64,000 nucleotides of DNA from Lachnospiraceae bacterium UBA3804 (GCA_002368665.1 DFEK01000009.1:32962-96961), one strand, 5' to 3'. Positions 20,231-30,360 are shown, counted from the first letter of the stretch. The notes: generated by a model from the letters alone, not told the origin. Made by a program: numbers and translations.

Positions 20231-22450
20231 TTACCTGCTCCTGGGATTTGCCGGACTGCCCTTCTTAACCGGTAAGCGAAGAATCCAAAGAAGGACACAA
20301 CCGAACAATGTTACCAAACTAAGCCCGTCTGCCACAAGCCAGTCGGGCTTTTCTTTTACGCCTACATGAATCGTTCCGTGATAGCCACTAGGTACAACGA
20401 TACCGATGCAGCCGTCGCTTCCGCTTTGAAGCTCATATTTGTTGCCGCCATCATCCCATGCCGTATATCCGGGGAATAAGAATAAAGGTACGCTGACCAC
20501 CTGCGCGCAGATCGTATCGTTAACCACCTCCGCATCCAAATTGGATCCGGATTTATGTACAGCGTCTAAGTACGGCTGTCCAAGTAAAACATCCTCGAAA
20601 GGAATATTGTAAATATCGGTATTGATATCCAGATAGTCTTTCGTGATGTAGCGACGGTTACGCATCTGCTCATCGTATACTCTTCTCGGATTGTCGCTTT
20701 GAACCAGTTTCTGCGCGGTAAAGAGCGCACCGATCAAAATAACTGCTGCCGTAAGCATGGATACCGTCTGTACCCATTTTTCCTTCTCCACGCATTTCAG
20801 GCCGTAGCCAAGTGCAACGCATTCAAAGAGTGTTGCAAACGAAAGATAACGCCATGGAAACTGAATGACGCCGAAGAGTTTCACAAAAATCTTTCCGCCT
20901 TCTCTGACTAAATACCAAGGGAAAAGATTGGTGCAAAGAAACATATAAAGAACCGTAAGTGCCAGACTTAAGAAAAACATCTTCGCCTCATGCTCCTTGC
21001 GCTTCTTCCAGATCATCGGAACAATAAGGAGCAGCAAAACAAAAACGAAGCCGCAGGATAAGCCCATTGAAAGCGGCATTTCTCCACGAATACCGTGAAT
21101 GATATCTTCCGTCACACCGTCGAATTCTCCGGTCGGGAAAAAGAGTTGGCTGACAAACAGTGCGTTCTCACCGATGTCGAAATTCGTCTCCGCACGCATA
21201 TAATAGTTCAGTCCCATCGCCTGTTTCAGGGGCAGGATAAACCAAAGATTCAGAAGCACCGTGATCAAACCCGCAATCAAAAGATCAATCCAGGTTCTGT
21301 TACGGATAATCTTCTTGGCATATGTGAATAAAAGAATCATGCCGACGAATACCAGCATCAGACAGGATAACAGATGTGACTGCAAAATAGCGGTGAACGT
21401 AACTACCAAAAGCAGGATATTGCGTCTCTTCGTCGCAAAATCCTTCTTCTGTTCTCTGACCAGTCGCATAAATGCTGCAAGAAACAGCGGAAAAAACATC
21501 ATTGCGAGCGCTTCACCGATCGCGTAACGATAGTGCACGGTCTCGATACGGTAAAATGCCAGCGTGTACAATGCGGAAATTAACACAGCCTTCTTTTTAT
21601 CCTGAAACAGCGCATCGAAAGAAGCATAGGAAATCAGTGCCGTTCCCAGATGAATGGCAAACAGCATGATCAGGAAAACCGCATGAATACTAAATCCCGC
21701 AAAGCGCAGGAATGCGGGTACATATAAGAACAGTTCAGGGTAATACTGGGGATTGGCATTTCCGTATCCGTAGAACGGTGTCGGAGCGACACGAACCGGA
21801 AATTGTCCGGAGAGAAGGGCATCTTTGATTCCCTCGATACGATATAAATGAAACGTAAGATCATGTCCGCCGGTTAAATATCCCGTATAAACGGGCAGTG
21901 CTGCGATCAGTCCGATAAGAACAGCCGCAAAAATCCACTTGTCTTTGGTTTTGGCATACCAGACGGCGATCAGATTGGATACGATAAACAAAAGTCCCAA
22001 AGAAACGGCCAGCACTCTTAAATCGCTGTGATTCTGAACGAATTCCACTCTGTCGACGGAAATGCTTTCTCCGTCAAATTCGGTCAGTTTCACCTGGAAA
22101 TGAGAACAGGGCGCGGTCAAATACATATGCGCTTTCTGAACCGTATTTTCCGGAAGCAGATTTAAATCCCTGTCATAGTGGATCTGGCTGCAGGTACTGT
22201 CATCATCGGTGAATTCGTAATAATTGTTTCCGGTTGCGGCCGTATAGTAGAAGAAAACTTCATAGGAGCCGACGGGAAGTCCGTCCGTTAAACCGATATA
22301 ATAATTCGTCTCCTGCATACTGTATGCATATTGGATCCGGCTTCCGTCAAGTGTAATCGTCCGGCAGGGTAACACAACGGAAAGCACTGAGATAAGTGCC
22401 ACCAATGCTACCTGCGCTATGATAATTCCCACTTTCAGCTTTGTTTTCAT
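20231..22450 (-). CDS. large polytopic membrane protein, GT-C-like (YfhO/ArnT-type glycosyltransferase candidate)
   Basis: ORF track runs to 22519; the ATG at 22448-22450 avoids overlap with the upstream gene. More than 12 TM segments and a GGHDLTFHLYRIEGIK loop motif. Family assignment is tentative. Confidence 0.45.
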   Translation of the reverse strand: MKTKLKVGIIIAQVALVALISVLSVVLPCRTITLDGSRIQYAYSMQETNYYIGLTDGLPVGSYEVFFYYTAATGNNYYEFTDDDSTCSQIHYDRDLNLLPENTVQKAHMYLTAPCSHFQVKLTEFDGESISVDRVEFVQNHSDLRVLAVSLGLLFIVSNLIAVWYAKTKDKWIFAAVLIGLIAALPVYTGYLTGGHDLTFHLYRIEGIKDALLSGQFPVRVAPTPFYGYGNANPQYYPELFLYVPAFLRFAGFSIHAVFLIMLFAIHLGTALISYASFDALFQDKKKAVLISALYTLAFYRIETVHYRYAIGEALAMMFFPLFLAAFMRLVREQKKDFATKRRNILLLVVTFTAILQSHLLSCLMLVFVGMILLFTYAKKIIRNRTWIDLLIAGLITVLLNLWFILPLKQAMGLNYYMRAETNFDIGENALFVSQLFFPTGEFDGVTEDIIHGIRGEMPLSMGLSCGFVFVLLLLIVPMIWKKRKEHEAKMFFLSLALTVLYMFLCTNLFPWYLVREGGKIFVKLFGVIQFPWRYLSFATLFECVALGYGLKCVEKEKWVQTVSMLTAAVILIGALFTAQKLVQSDNPRRVYDEQMRNRRYITKDYLDINTDIYNIPFEDVLLGQPYLDAVHKSGSNLDAEVVNDTICAQVVSVPLFLFPGYTAWDDGGNKYELQSGSDGCIGIVVPSGYHGTIHVGVKEKPDWLVADGLSLVTLFGCVLLWILRLPVKKGSPANPRSR

Positions 22451-22466
22451 TCTAAAGTCTTTCCGT

Positions 22467-23513
22467 TTATCCCAAGGATAACCTGACATAATACAGTACA
22501 AATACGGCAACCGCCACAAAGAAATAAACGGACATACCGGGATTGATCAGTGCTACCCGGCTGCCCTGAAATACATCATGCTCCGCATATTCGAGACGGA
22601 ACTTCTTCCTGAATAAAAGAATGATAAATACAATCATTCCGGCGAGGCAGATTCCGCCGACCACATACATCCAGACGGTATAGGTCATAAGCTGCGGTTT
22701 AATCTGCGCGCTTAACGCTTCCATTTGCTGTTTCAGGGCCGCATCGCCGGTCTTGGCATATTCTTCCGTCATTTCCTCCAGAAGCGCTAAATTCTCTTTA
22801 TTGGAAAATCCTGCCATAAAGAAAGACAATACATAATTAAACAGATTCATGATCATATGAAGCGCAATGACAACCCATACCTTTCCGGTACGAAGGTAAA
22901 TAAAGGCAAGAAATCCGCCCATGATCAGTGCGTAGAAAAAGAGGGAAAAACTGCCCTGGAACAAAGCATACATGATCGCGGAAGTCAGAATGGCAGCCCA
23001 CTCTCCGTATTTCGCCGTGCGATCGATCAATACTTTACGGAAAACGATTTCCTCGACAATCGGAACCAAAAGGCCGAGAACCAGGATTCTTAGAAGAACG
23101 GATGAATCAAACGAAAGATTCTGCACCATTTCACCGGTTGCCGCACTGACGCCCGTCATCTTCATCACGGTACGGTTTGCGACGGAACCGATCAAAGATC
23201 CGAATCCGTTAATTCCAAACAGAATCAGAACCGAAAGCAGGAACTTTCCAATGCCTATTTTATGCTGTTCGGGCACCTGTTTATCCATATTGCGATTCAT
23301 AAGGAGAAACAGTCCAAACGCAATTCCATACAGAAAGATCATATCATTGAGAAACGAAAACGGTACCTTCCACTGCTCCACCGTTTCCGGACTTAAGAGT
23401 TTACGGAATGCAAAAGAAGAAAGGAGTTTTAAGATCGTTCCTCCCGCAAGAAAAGCTGCTGCCGCAAAGGCATATCGCTGATATGAAATTCGCATGTTGA
23501 TTCTGTCTTCCAT
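22467..23513 (-). CDS. CPBP family intramembrane protease homologue with a degenerate second motif
   Basis: Motif 1 EEIVFRK and motif 3 HMIMN are present. Motif 2 reads YALFQG, with Gln where His is expected. Start could be 23495. Confidence 0.7.
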   Translation of the reverse strand: MEDRINMRISYQRYAFAAAAFLAGGTILKLLSSFAFRKLLSPETVEQWKVPFSFLNDMIFLYGIAFGLFLLMNRNMDKQVPEQHKIGIGKFLLSVLILFGINGFGSLIGSVANRTVMKMTGVSAATGEMVQNLSFDSSVLLRILVLGLLVPIVEEIVFRKVLIDRTAKYGEWAAILTSAIMYALFQGSFSLFFYALIMGGFLAFIYLRTGKVWVVIALHMIMNLFNYVLSFFMAGFSNKENLALLEEMTEEYAKTGDAALKQQMEALSAQIKPQLMTYTVWMYVVGGICLAGMIVFIILLFRKKFRLEYAEHDVFQGSRVALINPGMSVYFFVAVAVFVLYYVRLSLG

Positions 23514-23597
23514 GACCTAATAATTATACTATTGATTGACAAAAAAAGAAAGCCTGAGGGATCGCTCCGACAGGCCTTCCTTTTTTAAGGAATAGTA

Positions 23598-26030
23598 TTA
23601 AGCACGTTTGGTGGATTCTTTGTATTTTTTGATAAAGAGCATGTAGATCATGCAAAGCAGTAATGCTGATGCCACGATGATTCCGATGACGTTGGCATTT
23701 CCGGTGAAAATCTGACCGAACTGCGTAATCATTAGCGCAATCACATATGCAAAACCGCACTGCCATGCAATTGCAAACCATGTCCATTTGGCGTTGTTCA
23801 TCTCTCTCTTGATTGCACCGATGGCTGCAAAGCAGGGGGCGCAAAGAAGGTTGAATACCAGGAAGGAGAATCCGGTAATTCCGGTAAAGGTCTGAGCCAG
23901 TACCTGATATACGGTCATGCCTTCCACACCGCCGTAGAGAACACCCATGGTTCCGACAATGTTTTCCTTTGCAACAAGACCCGTAATGGATGCAACGGCT
24001 GCCTGCCAGTTGCCCCATCCAAGCGGTACGAAGATCCATGCAAGCACTCCTCCGACCTTGCCCAAAATGGACATATCCACTTCATCCTCGGCAAGCATTC
24101 TGAAGCTTCCGTCCGCTACACCGAAATTAGATAAGAACCAGATTACGATGGTGGACAGTAAAATGATCGTACCTGCCTTCTTGATAAAGGACCATCCACG
24201 CTCCCACATGGAACGAAGGACATTCTTTAATGTCGGCATATGATAAGCCGGGAGCTCCATAACGAAAGGAGCGGGTTCTCCGGAGAACATCTTGGTTTTC
24301 TTTAAAATGATACCGGAAATGATAATGGCTGCCATACCGATGAAATATGCACCGACGGAAACAAAAGGTGATCCGTTAAAGAGTGCACCCGCCATCATGG
24401 CGATGAAGGGAATCTTGGCACCACAGGGAATGAACGTTGTCGTCATGATCGTCATTCGTCTGTCTCTTTCGTTTTCAATCGTTCTGGATGCCATGATACC
24501 CGGAACACCGCAACCGGTTCCGACAAGCATCGGGATAAAGGACTTTCCGGAAAGGCCGAATTTACGGAAAATACGGTCTAAGACGAAGGCAATTCTTGCC
24601 ATGTATCCGCAAGCCTCGAGGAATGCCAGCAGGAAGAATAATACAAGCATCTGCGGAACGAATCCGAGCACGGCTCCGACACCGGCGATAACACCGTCTA
24701 AGATCAGGCTTCTTAACCAATCCGCACAATTGATCTTATCGAGCAATCCTTCTACAAGTACCGGAATACCGGGAACCCATACGCCATATGCTGCAGGGTC
24801 GGGCTCTTCGCCTTCATACTTTTCAAAGATATCAACTGCATCCGTCAATTCGTCATATGTATAAGTAACATCTTCCGTGGAAAGGGTTTCCTCATCTTCC
24901 AGGGTATAATCCGCAGTGGCACCGGTCTCGATCTCGGCATAAGAAGCTTTGATCGTTTCGACGTCGGATTCCTCATCCAGGCCGATGAATGCATCGATTA
25001 CATTGGCTGCTTCGCCATACTCTTCGCTTGCCTCGTTATAAGCTTTTGAGCCGATGCCGAATAAGTGCCAGCCGTCTCCGAACAGTCCGTCGTTTGCCCA
25101 ATCCGTCAGTTTGGTACCCGGTGCAAACGGTGCCATGGAAAGCATATATACCAGTGTCATGATAATGGCAAAAATCGGAAGTCCGAGCCAACGGTTGGTG
25201 ACGATTTTATCGATCTTATCGGAAACCGTCATTCCGGAAGTATTTTTCTTCTTGTAGCATGCCTTGATTACGGATGCGATGTAAACATATCTTTCGTTGG
25301 TGATAATGCTCTCCGCATCGTCGTCAAGTTCTTCCTCTGCCGCTGCGATGTCGTTCTCGATGTGATCGATCGTTTCCTTGGGAAGGTTTAACTGCTGCAG
25401 AACCTTCTCATCACGCTCGAAGATCTTAATGGCGTACCATCTTTGCTGTTCCTCGGGAAGGGAATGAACGGACACTTCCTCGATATGAGCCAGCGCATGT
25501 TCCACAGCGCCGCTGAAGGAATGCTGCGGAATCGTTTTACTGCCTTTTGCAGCCTTGACAGCCTCTTCGGCAGCTTCCATTACGTTCTCGTTCTTCAATG
25601 CGGAAATTTCCACGATCTTGCAGCCAAGCTGTCTGGACAGCTCGTCAATACGGATTTCATCTCCGTTTTTGCGAACCACATCCATCATGTTGATGGCGAT
25701 TACAACCGGAATACCGAGTTCGGTCAGCTGCGTGGTTAAATATAAGTTTCTCTCTAAGTTCGTGCCGTCAATGATGTTTAAAATCGCATCCGGACGTTCA
25801 CCGATCAAATAATCTCTTGCAACCACTTCCTCCAAAGTGTAGGGAGAAAGGGAATAGATACCCGGAAGGTCGGTAATGGTTACATCATCATGTTTCTTTA
25901 ATTTTCCTTCCTTCTTCTCTACCGTAACGCCGGGCCAGTTTCCCACAAACTGGTTCGATCCGGTAAGTGCGTTGAATAATGTTGTTTTTCCGCTGTTGGG
26001 ATTACCGGCAAGTGCTATTCTGATACTCAT
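23598..26030 (-). CDS. feoB: ferrous iron transporter FeoB
   Basis: 810-aa ORF with an N-terminal G-domain (GNPNSGKTTLFNALTG) followed by a polytopic permease. Confidence 0.95.
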   Translation of the reverse strand: MSIRIALAGNPNSGKTTLFNALTGSNQFVGNWPGVTVEKKEGKLKKHDDVTITDLPGIYSLSPYTLEEVVARDYLIGERPDAILNIIDGTNLERNLYLTTQLTELGIPVVIAINMMDVVRKNGDEIRIDELSRQLGCKIVEISALKNENVMEAAEEAVKAAKGSKTIPQHSFSGAVEHALAHIEEVSVHSLPEEQQRWYAIKIFERDEKVLQQLNLPKETIDHIENDIAAAEEELDDDAESIITNERYVYIASVIKACYKKKNTSGMTVSDKIDKIVTNRWLGLPIFAIIMTLVYMLSMAPFAPGTKLTDWANDGLFGDGWHLFGIGSKAYNEASEEYGEAANVIDAFIGLDEESDVETIKASYAEIETGATADYTLEDEETLSTEDVTYTYDELTDAVDIFEKYEGEEPDPAAYGVWVPGIPVLVEGLLDKINCADWLRSLILDGVIAGVGAVLGFVPQMLVLFFLLAFLEACGYMARIAFVLDRIFRKFGLSGKSFIPMLVGTGCGVPGIMASRTIENERDRRMTIMTTTFIPCGAKIPFIAMMAGALFNGSPFVSVGAYFIGMAAIIISGIILKKTKMFSGEPAPFVMELPAYHMPTLKNVLRSMWERGWSFIKKAGTIILLSTIVIWFLSNFGVADGSFRMLAEDEVDMSILGKVGGVLAWIFVPLGWGNWQAAVASITGLVAKENIVGTMGVLYGGVEGMTVYQVLAQTFTGITGFSFLVFNLLCAPCFAAIGAIKREMNNAKWTWFAIAWQCGFAYVIALMITQFGQIFTGNANVIGIIVASALLLCMIYMLFIKKYKESTKRA

Positions 26031-26257
26031 ACTGTCTCCTCCACTTCCACCATCTCGGCGTCAGCCTTTCTGAGGCTTAACTCATAACCTCTGACGGTAA
26101 CCTCAATCGGATCGCCCAAGGGAGCCACTTTTCTCACATACACCTCTACTCCTTTGGTGATTCCCATGTCCATGATCCGGCGCTTAATCGCACCTTCTCC
26201 GTGAAGTTTCACGACTTTCGCCACTTCCTTCACTTTCACGTCTCTGAGTGTTTTCAT
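26027..26257 (-). CDS. feoA: FeoA family protein
   Basis: SH3-like FeoA sequence. Its stop overlaps the feoB start. ATG at 26255-26257 is preferred over 26287, which has no SD. Confidence 0.8.
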   Translation of the reverse strand: MKTLRDVKVKEVAKVVKLHGEGAIKRRIMDMGITKGVEVYVRKVAPLGDPIEVTVRGYELSLRKADAEMVEVEETV

Positions 26258-26304
26258 ACTTTTGCATCCTCCTGAATCTATCTGCATCGAATACCATTCG
26301 CAGA

Positions 26305-26517
26305 TTACACCATGATTTTCTGTGCCATCTCCTTGCTGATGGCAACGCGGGAATCCTTAACATTCACAATCACATTTCCGCCCATCTCGTTTACAACGGT
26401 AACCGCTCCTCCAACAACAAAGCCCAGATTTTCAAGATGCTGCTTGATCTCCGGCTTCCCGCCTACCTTCTTGATGATGTTTTCCTCTCCGATTGTTGCG
26501 TATCCCAATGGCATCAT
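26305..26517 (-). CDS. feoA: FeoA family protein (second copy)
   Basis: 70-aa ORF with a GAGGAG SD and a FeoA-like sequence. Confidence 0.8.
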   Translation of the reverse strand: MMPLGYATIGEENIIKKVGGKPEIKQHLENLGFVVGGAVTVVNEMGGNVIVNVKDSRVAISKEMAQKIMV

Positions 26518-26558
26518 TTTCTCCTCTTGACCTTTCTTTCGCCCAGTGGTAATTCACA

Positions 26559-26655
26559 ACTAACATTCGTTAGTGTATACTAACCTATGGGCCAAAATTA
26601 CGGTTAGCCATCGCTAACCATTTGAAAGTATAGTATTATTTCTTTTTTCTGTCAA
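26559..26655 (-). promoter_or_regulatory. feo operon promoter with two GTTAG/CTAAC inverted repeats (candidate metalloregulator operators)
   Basis: Minus strand TTGACA (26650-26655), 17 nt, TATACT (26627-26632). GGTTAGC-N4-GCTAACC (26602-26619) sits at about +1. ACTAAC-N4-GTTAGT (26559-26574) lies in the leader. Confidence 0.6.
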
Positions 26656-27390
26656 CTACTCTTCGGAAAAATATTTATACTTTCCCGGAGTGGATCCCAT
26701 ATACCGTTTGAAAACACTCACGAAGTAACTTTGACTGGAGAATGCCAGGATATTGGCGATCTGAGAAGGGGTGTATTCCGCATATTTTAACATATTCGCA
26801 GCGGTTTCGACTTTCTTTACGGTAATATATTCGGAAACGGACATTCCGGTTTCCTTTTTAAATAACCGGCTTAAATACCCCGGTGCAATTCCTACTTCAT
26901 CCGCAAGATCGCCCAGCAGGATCTTTTCATGCAGATGGTCGTAAATATAATGAACGGACGTGGCAATATGGCGGGAATACACTCTGCCGACGCGCACCGC
27001 CTTCATTCGCTCGGTATAGTCCCTGACCATTTTACGGTGCAGATTGGAAATCTGTTTCAGTGACACCGCACGGTCCGCTTCATTGATATAAAGGTCACTG
27101 ATCAGATACGCCTGCTCATGCTCCATCCCGCCCTCAATGCAATACCGGGCCAGCATGGCAGCTGTAATCGCAAAATGATATTTAAAACTCTGCAGGCGGT
27201 TTTTCGAAAGCATGCCAAATCCGGATTTGTCGCAGAAATCCACCTTCAGTGTTTTCTCGACATCTTTCGAATTGCCCGATTTAACCGCATTGTAAAACTC
27301 AATCTCCGGAGAAAATGGAGCGTGATACAGCATTTCCTCACGCATCAGGTATTCGCGGTAGAGAAGTTCCTTGCCGATTGTCTTATCCAT
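26656..27390 (-). CDS. AraC family transcriptional regulator
   Basis: C-terminal double HTH (GYLSRLFKKETGMS...SQSYFVSVFKRYMGSTP). Divergent from the GH16 gene. Confidence 0.85.
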   Translation of the reverse strand: MDKTIGKELLYREYLMREEMLYHAPFSPEIEFYNAVKSGNSKDVEKTLKVDFCDKSGFGMLSKNRLQSFKYHFAITAAMLARYCIEGGMEHEQAYLISDLYINEADRAVSLKQISNLHRKMVRDYTERMKAVRVGRVYSRHIATSVHYIYDHLHEKILLGDLADEVGIAPGYLSRLFKKETGMSVSEYITVKKVETAANMLKYAEYTPSQIANILAFSSQSYFVSVFKRYMGSTPGKYKYFSEE

Positions 27391-27548
27391 ATTTTATCCT
27401 CGTTTGAAGCAGATTTGTTTGTTTTACAAGATATCATTATTTTATCATATTTGTCATTATTTTAATATAATGTTATTTGCTTTTTTTCTATACTGAAATT
27501 ATCAGTAATGTTTTTTGGGGAAGCAAACCAAAAAGGAGGCTACAAACG

Positions 27549-28967
27549 ATGAAAAAGATGAAAAAGACAGTTGCTGTTGCTCTGAGTACCACAATGGTTC
27601 TCGCCCTGTTTGCAGGATGCAACAAAACCAAAATTTCCACGGAACCCGTAAGTACGGAACCCGCTGCATTTGTCGAGGAAGTTACCGTTCCCGAACTGGA
27701 CGGCTATACTTTGCTTTGGAACGATGAATTCTCCGGGGATGCAATGGATGAAAGCATCTGGAGCTACGATCCGCACGAACCCGGCTGGACCAACGAAGAA
27801 TTACAGGAATATACCACCTCAACCGATAATGTATTCACACGGGAAGGCAAAATGGTTTTGAAAGCCATTAAGACCACCGATGAAAACGGAAAAGATTATT
27901 ACACTTCCGGTAAGATCAAATCCCAGAACAAGAAAGACTTCATGTACGGCAAAGTTGTTGTCAGTGCCAAAGTTCCCGAGGGACAGGGACTCTGGCCTGC
28001 TATCTGGATGATGCCCACCGATGAAAGTTTCTACGGTCAGTGGCCCAAATGCGGCGAGATCGACATCATGGAAGTTTTGGGAAGCGATGTAAAAACCGCT
28101 TACGGAACCGTACACTATGGCGAACCTCACGCTGAACAGCAGGGCACCGTAAACCTTACTTCCGGCTCTTTTGCCGATGACTTCCATGAATATTCCGTAG
28201 AATGGGAACCCGGTGAAATGAGATGGTACATTGACAATGAATTATACTTAACCGTAAATGACTGGTTTACCGCAGTAGCAGGCGAGGATGAGAAACCCTA
28301 TCCCGCACCTTTTAACCAGAACTTCTTTGTACAGCTGAACCTGGCTGTAGGAGGAACCTGGCCCGGAAACCCGGATGAAACTACCGATTTTGACAATGCG
28401 GAATTTCTGATCGACTATGTTCGTGTTTATCAGAAACCCGAATACGATACCAATGTAAAGAAACCCGAAAAGGAATTCAAACAGGCAGACGAAACCGGAA
28501 ACTATATCACCGGCGGCGACTTTGCGGATCCCGAAGATCTCGGTACCGATTTAGACGAGGGCAAGGACTGGACCTTCCTCTTATTTGAGGGCGGCGAAGG
28601 CAGCGCATCCATCGAAGACGGAACCATGGTCATTAAAACCGAAGCGGAAGGTAATGTGGATTACTCCGTACAGCTTGTCCAGCCCGGACTTCCGATGTAC
28701 AAAGGACACAGCTACCGCTTAACCTTTGACTGCTGGGCAGATGAAGAAAGAGAACTGATCACCTGCGTATCCGCACCGAATGCAGGATGGATCAGATATC
28801 TGGAAGATACCACATTTACCGCAACCACCAAACCCCAGACCTTTACCTATGAGTTCACGATGACCGAAAAGGATGACAACTATGGTCGTTTGGAATATAA
28901 TATGGGTAATAAGGGCTCAACGGCTACCGTTTATATCAAGAATGTACGCCTTGAGGAGATTGAATAA
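27549..28967 (+). CDS. lipoprotein glycoside hydrolase family 16 beta-glucanase with a C-terminal CBM4/9-like module
   Basis: AAGGAGG precedes the ATG at 27549. Lipobox LFAGC and the GH16 catalytic motif EIDIME. About 170 aa of C-terminal beta-sandwich-like sequence. Confidence 0.85.
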   Translation: MKKMKKTVAVALSTTMVLALFAGCNKTKISTEPVSTEPAAFVEEVTVPELDGYTLLWNDEFSGDAMDESIWSYDPHEPGWTNEELQEYTTSTDNVFTREGKMVLKAIKTTDENGKDYYTSGKIKSQNKKDFMYGKVVVSAKVPEGQGLWPAIWMMPTDESFYGQWPKCGEIDIMEVLGSDVKTAYGTVHYGEPHAEQQGTVNLTSGSFADDFHEYSVEWEPGEMRWYIDNELYLTVNDWFTAVAGEDEKPYPAPFNQNFFVQLNLAVGGTWPGNPDETTDFDNAEFLIDYVRVYQKPEYDTNVKKPEKEFKQADETGNYITGGDFADPEDLGTDLDEGKDWTFLLFEGGEGSASIEDGTMVIKTEAEGNVDYSVQLVQPGLPMYKGHSYRLTFDCWADEERELITCVSAPNAGWIRYLEDTTFTATTKPQTFTYEFTMTEKDDNYGRLEYNMGNKGSTATVYIKNVRLEEIE

Positions 28968-28982
28968 TATAGGAGGGTTATT

Positions 28983-29978
28983 ATGCGCGCATTTACCGGT
29001 TTTTTAAAGGGTATCAACTTCGGCGGATGGCTTTCTCAGTGTGACCACACCAAGGAACGCTATGATACGTTCATTACCGAGAAAGATTTCGAAGAAGTCA
29101 AATCCAGAGGCTATGATCACGTTCGCGTGCCCATTGACTATGAACTCCTCGTAGACGATGAAATGAATGTTAAAGAAGGCGGTTTCGCCTATATCGACAT
29201 GGCAATCGAGAATTGCCGCAAGTACGGATTAAACATGGTTCTTGATCTGCACCGTACCATCGGTTTTTCGTTTGATCCCGGACATAACAAGACCGGTTTC
29301 TTCGAAAGTGAAACCTATCAGGAATACTTCTATCGGATTTGGGATATGCTTTCCGCCCGTTACGGTAAGAATGCAGACATGCTAGCTTTTGAGATGTTAA
29401 ACGAAGTAACCAAGAAGGAATACTCCGATAGTTGGAACCGCATTTCCACGGAATGCATCAAGCGCATCCGTGTGAATGCACCCGACATCCGCATTCTTCT
29501 CGGCGGATATTACAACAACTCCGTGGAAGCATTAAAAGACCTGGCTCTTCCCTATGATGAGAATATCGTTTATAACTTCCACTGCTACGAGCCTCTGTTA
29601 TTCACCCACCAGGGTGCATATTGGGTAGCATGTATGGACACTTCATTCCGTTGCCATTACAAGATGCCGTTCCGCACTTATGAGGAACTGACCCAGAAGC
29701 AGGTTGGCATGGCCTTCACCGACTTTGATAATCTCGATCCCAACCGTTGTCCCGATGAGGCATATTTTGACCGCCTGATCAGCGAAGCCGTTCGTGTGGC
29801 GGAAGAAAGAAACGTACCACTTTACTGCGGCGAATACGGTGTCATCGAGCTTGCAGACAGAGACGATGCCAAAGAGTGGTTCAAAGACTTCCATTCCGTT
29901 ATGGACAAATATCAGATCGGCCGTGCGGTATGGACATACAAGGAAATGGATTTTGAAGTAGAGAAAGATTTATTCTAA
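28983..29978 (+). CDS. glycoside hydrolase family 5 (cellulase/glucanase), no signal peptide
   Basis: Acid/base motif FEMLNEV and nucleophile motif CGEYG. Starts 15 nt after the GH16 gene. Confidence 0.8.
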   Translation: MRAFTGFLKGINFGGWLSQCDHTKERYDTFITEKDFEEVKSRGYDHVRVPIDYELLVDDEMNVKEGGFAYIDMAIENCRKYGLNMVLDLHRTIGFSFDPGHNKTGFFESETYQEYFYRIWDMLSARYGKNADMLAFEMLNEVTKKEYSDSWNRISTECIKRIRVNAPDIRILLGGYYNNSVEALKDLALPYDENIVYNFHCYEPLLFTHQGAYWVACMDTSFRCHYKMPFRTYEELTQKQVGMAFTDFDNLDPNRCPDEAYFDRLISEAVRVAEERNVPLYCGEYGVIELADRDDAKEWFKDFHSVMDKYQIGRAVWTYKEMDFEVEKDLF

Positions 29979-30011
29979 TTCATGCAATCCGGATTTCAAA
30001 TCAAAGCATAC

Positions 30012-30043
30012 AAAAAGCGCTGTGAAGATTCACAGCGCTTTTA
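30012..30043. terminator. bidirectional rho-independent terminator
   Basis: AGCGCTGTGA/TCACAGCGCT 10-bp stem with an AGAT loop, flanked by AAAA and TTT. Confidence 0.75.
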
Positions 30044-30060
30044 ATATACATATTCAATTC

Positions 30061-30360
30061 TTATTCAATGGTGAGAATGTCTGAGAATCCGGTTACTTCG
30101 AAAATCTCCATAACTTCTTCGGAAACATTCTTTACTACCATGTTACCCTGCTTGGACATGATCTTCTGGCAGGAAAGTAAAACTCTGAGTCCGGCACTGG
30201 AAATGTAATCCAGTTTCTCCATATCAAATGTTAATTCCTTAACGCCTTCAATATCCTCTTTAATCTGCTGCTCTAATTCGGGAGCAGTCGTTGTATCCAA
30301 TCTGCCATCCAAAACAACATTTAACGAACCTGCTTCCAATGTTTTCTTGATGTCTAACAT
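30061..30360 (-). CDS. STAS-domain anti-sigma-factor antagonist (SpoIIAA/RsbV-like)
   Basis: 99-aa ORF with the conserved phospho-serine context DYISSAGLRVLL. Confidence 0.85.
   Translation of the reverse strand: MLDIKKTLEAGSLNVVLDGRLDTTTAPELEQQIKEDIEGVKELTFDMEKLDYISSAGLRVLLSCQKIMSKQGNMVVKNVSEEVMEIFEVTGFSDILTIE

Noticed and set aside
23524-24039. 171-aa minus-strand ORF
   Set aside because: It lies almost entirely inside feoB in another frame, and feoB is unambiguous.
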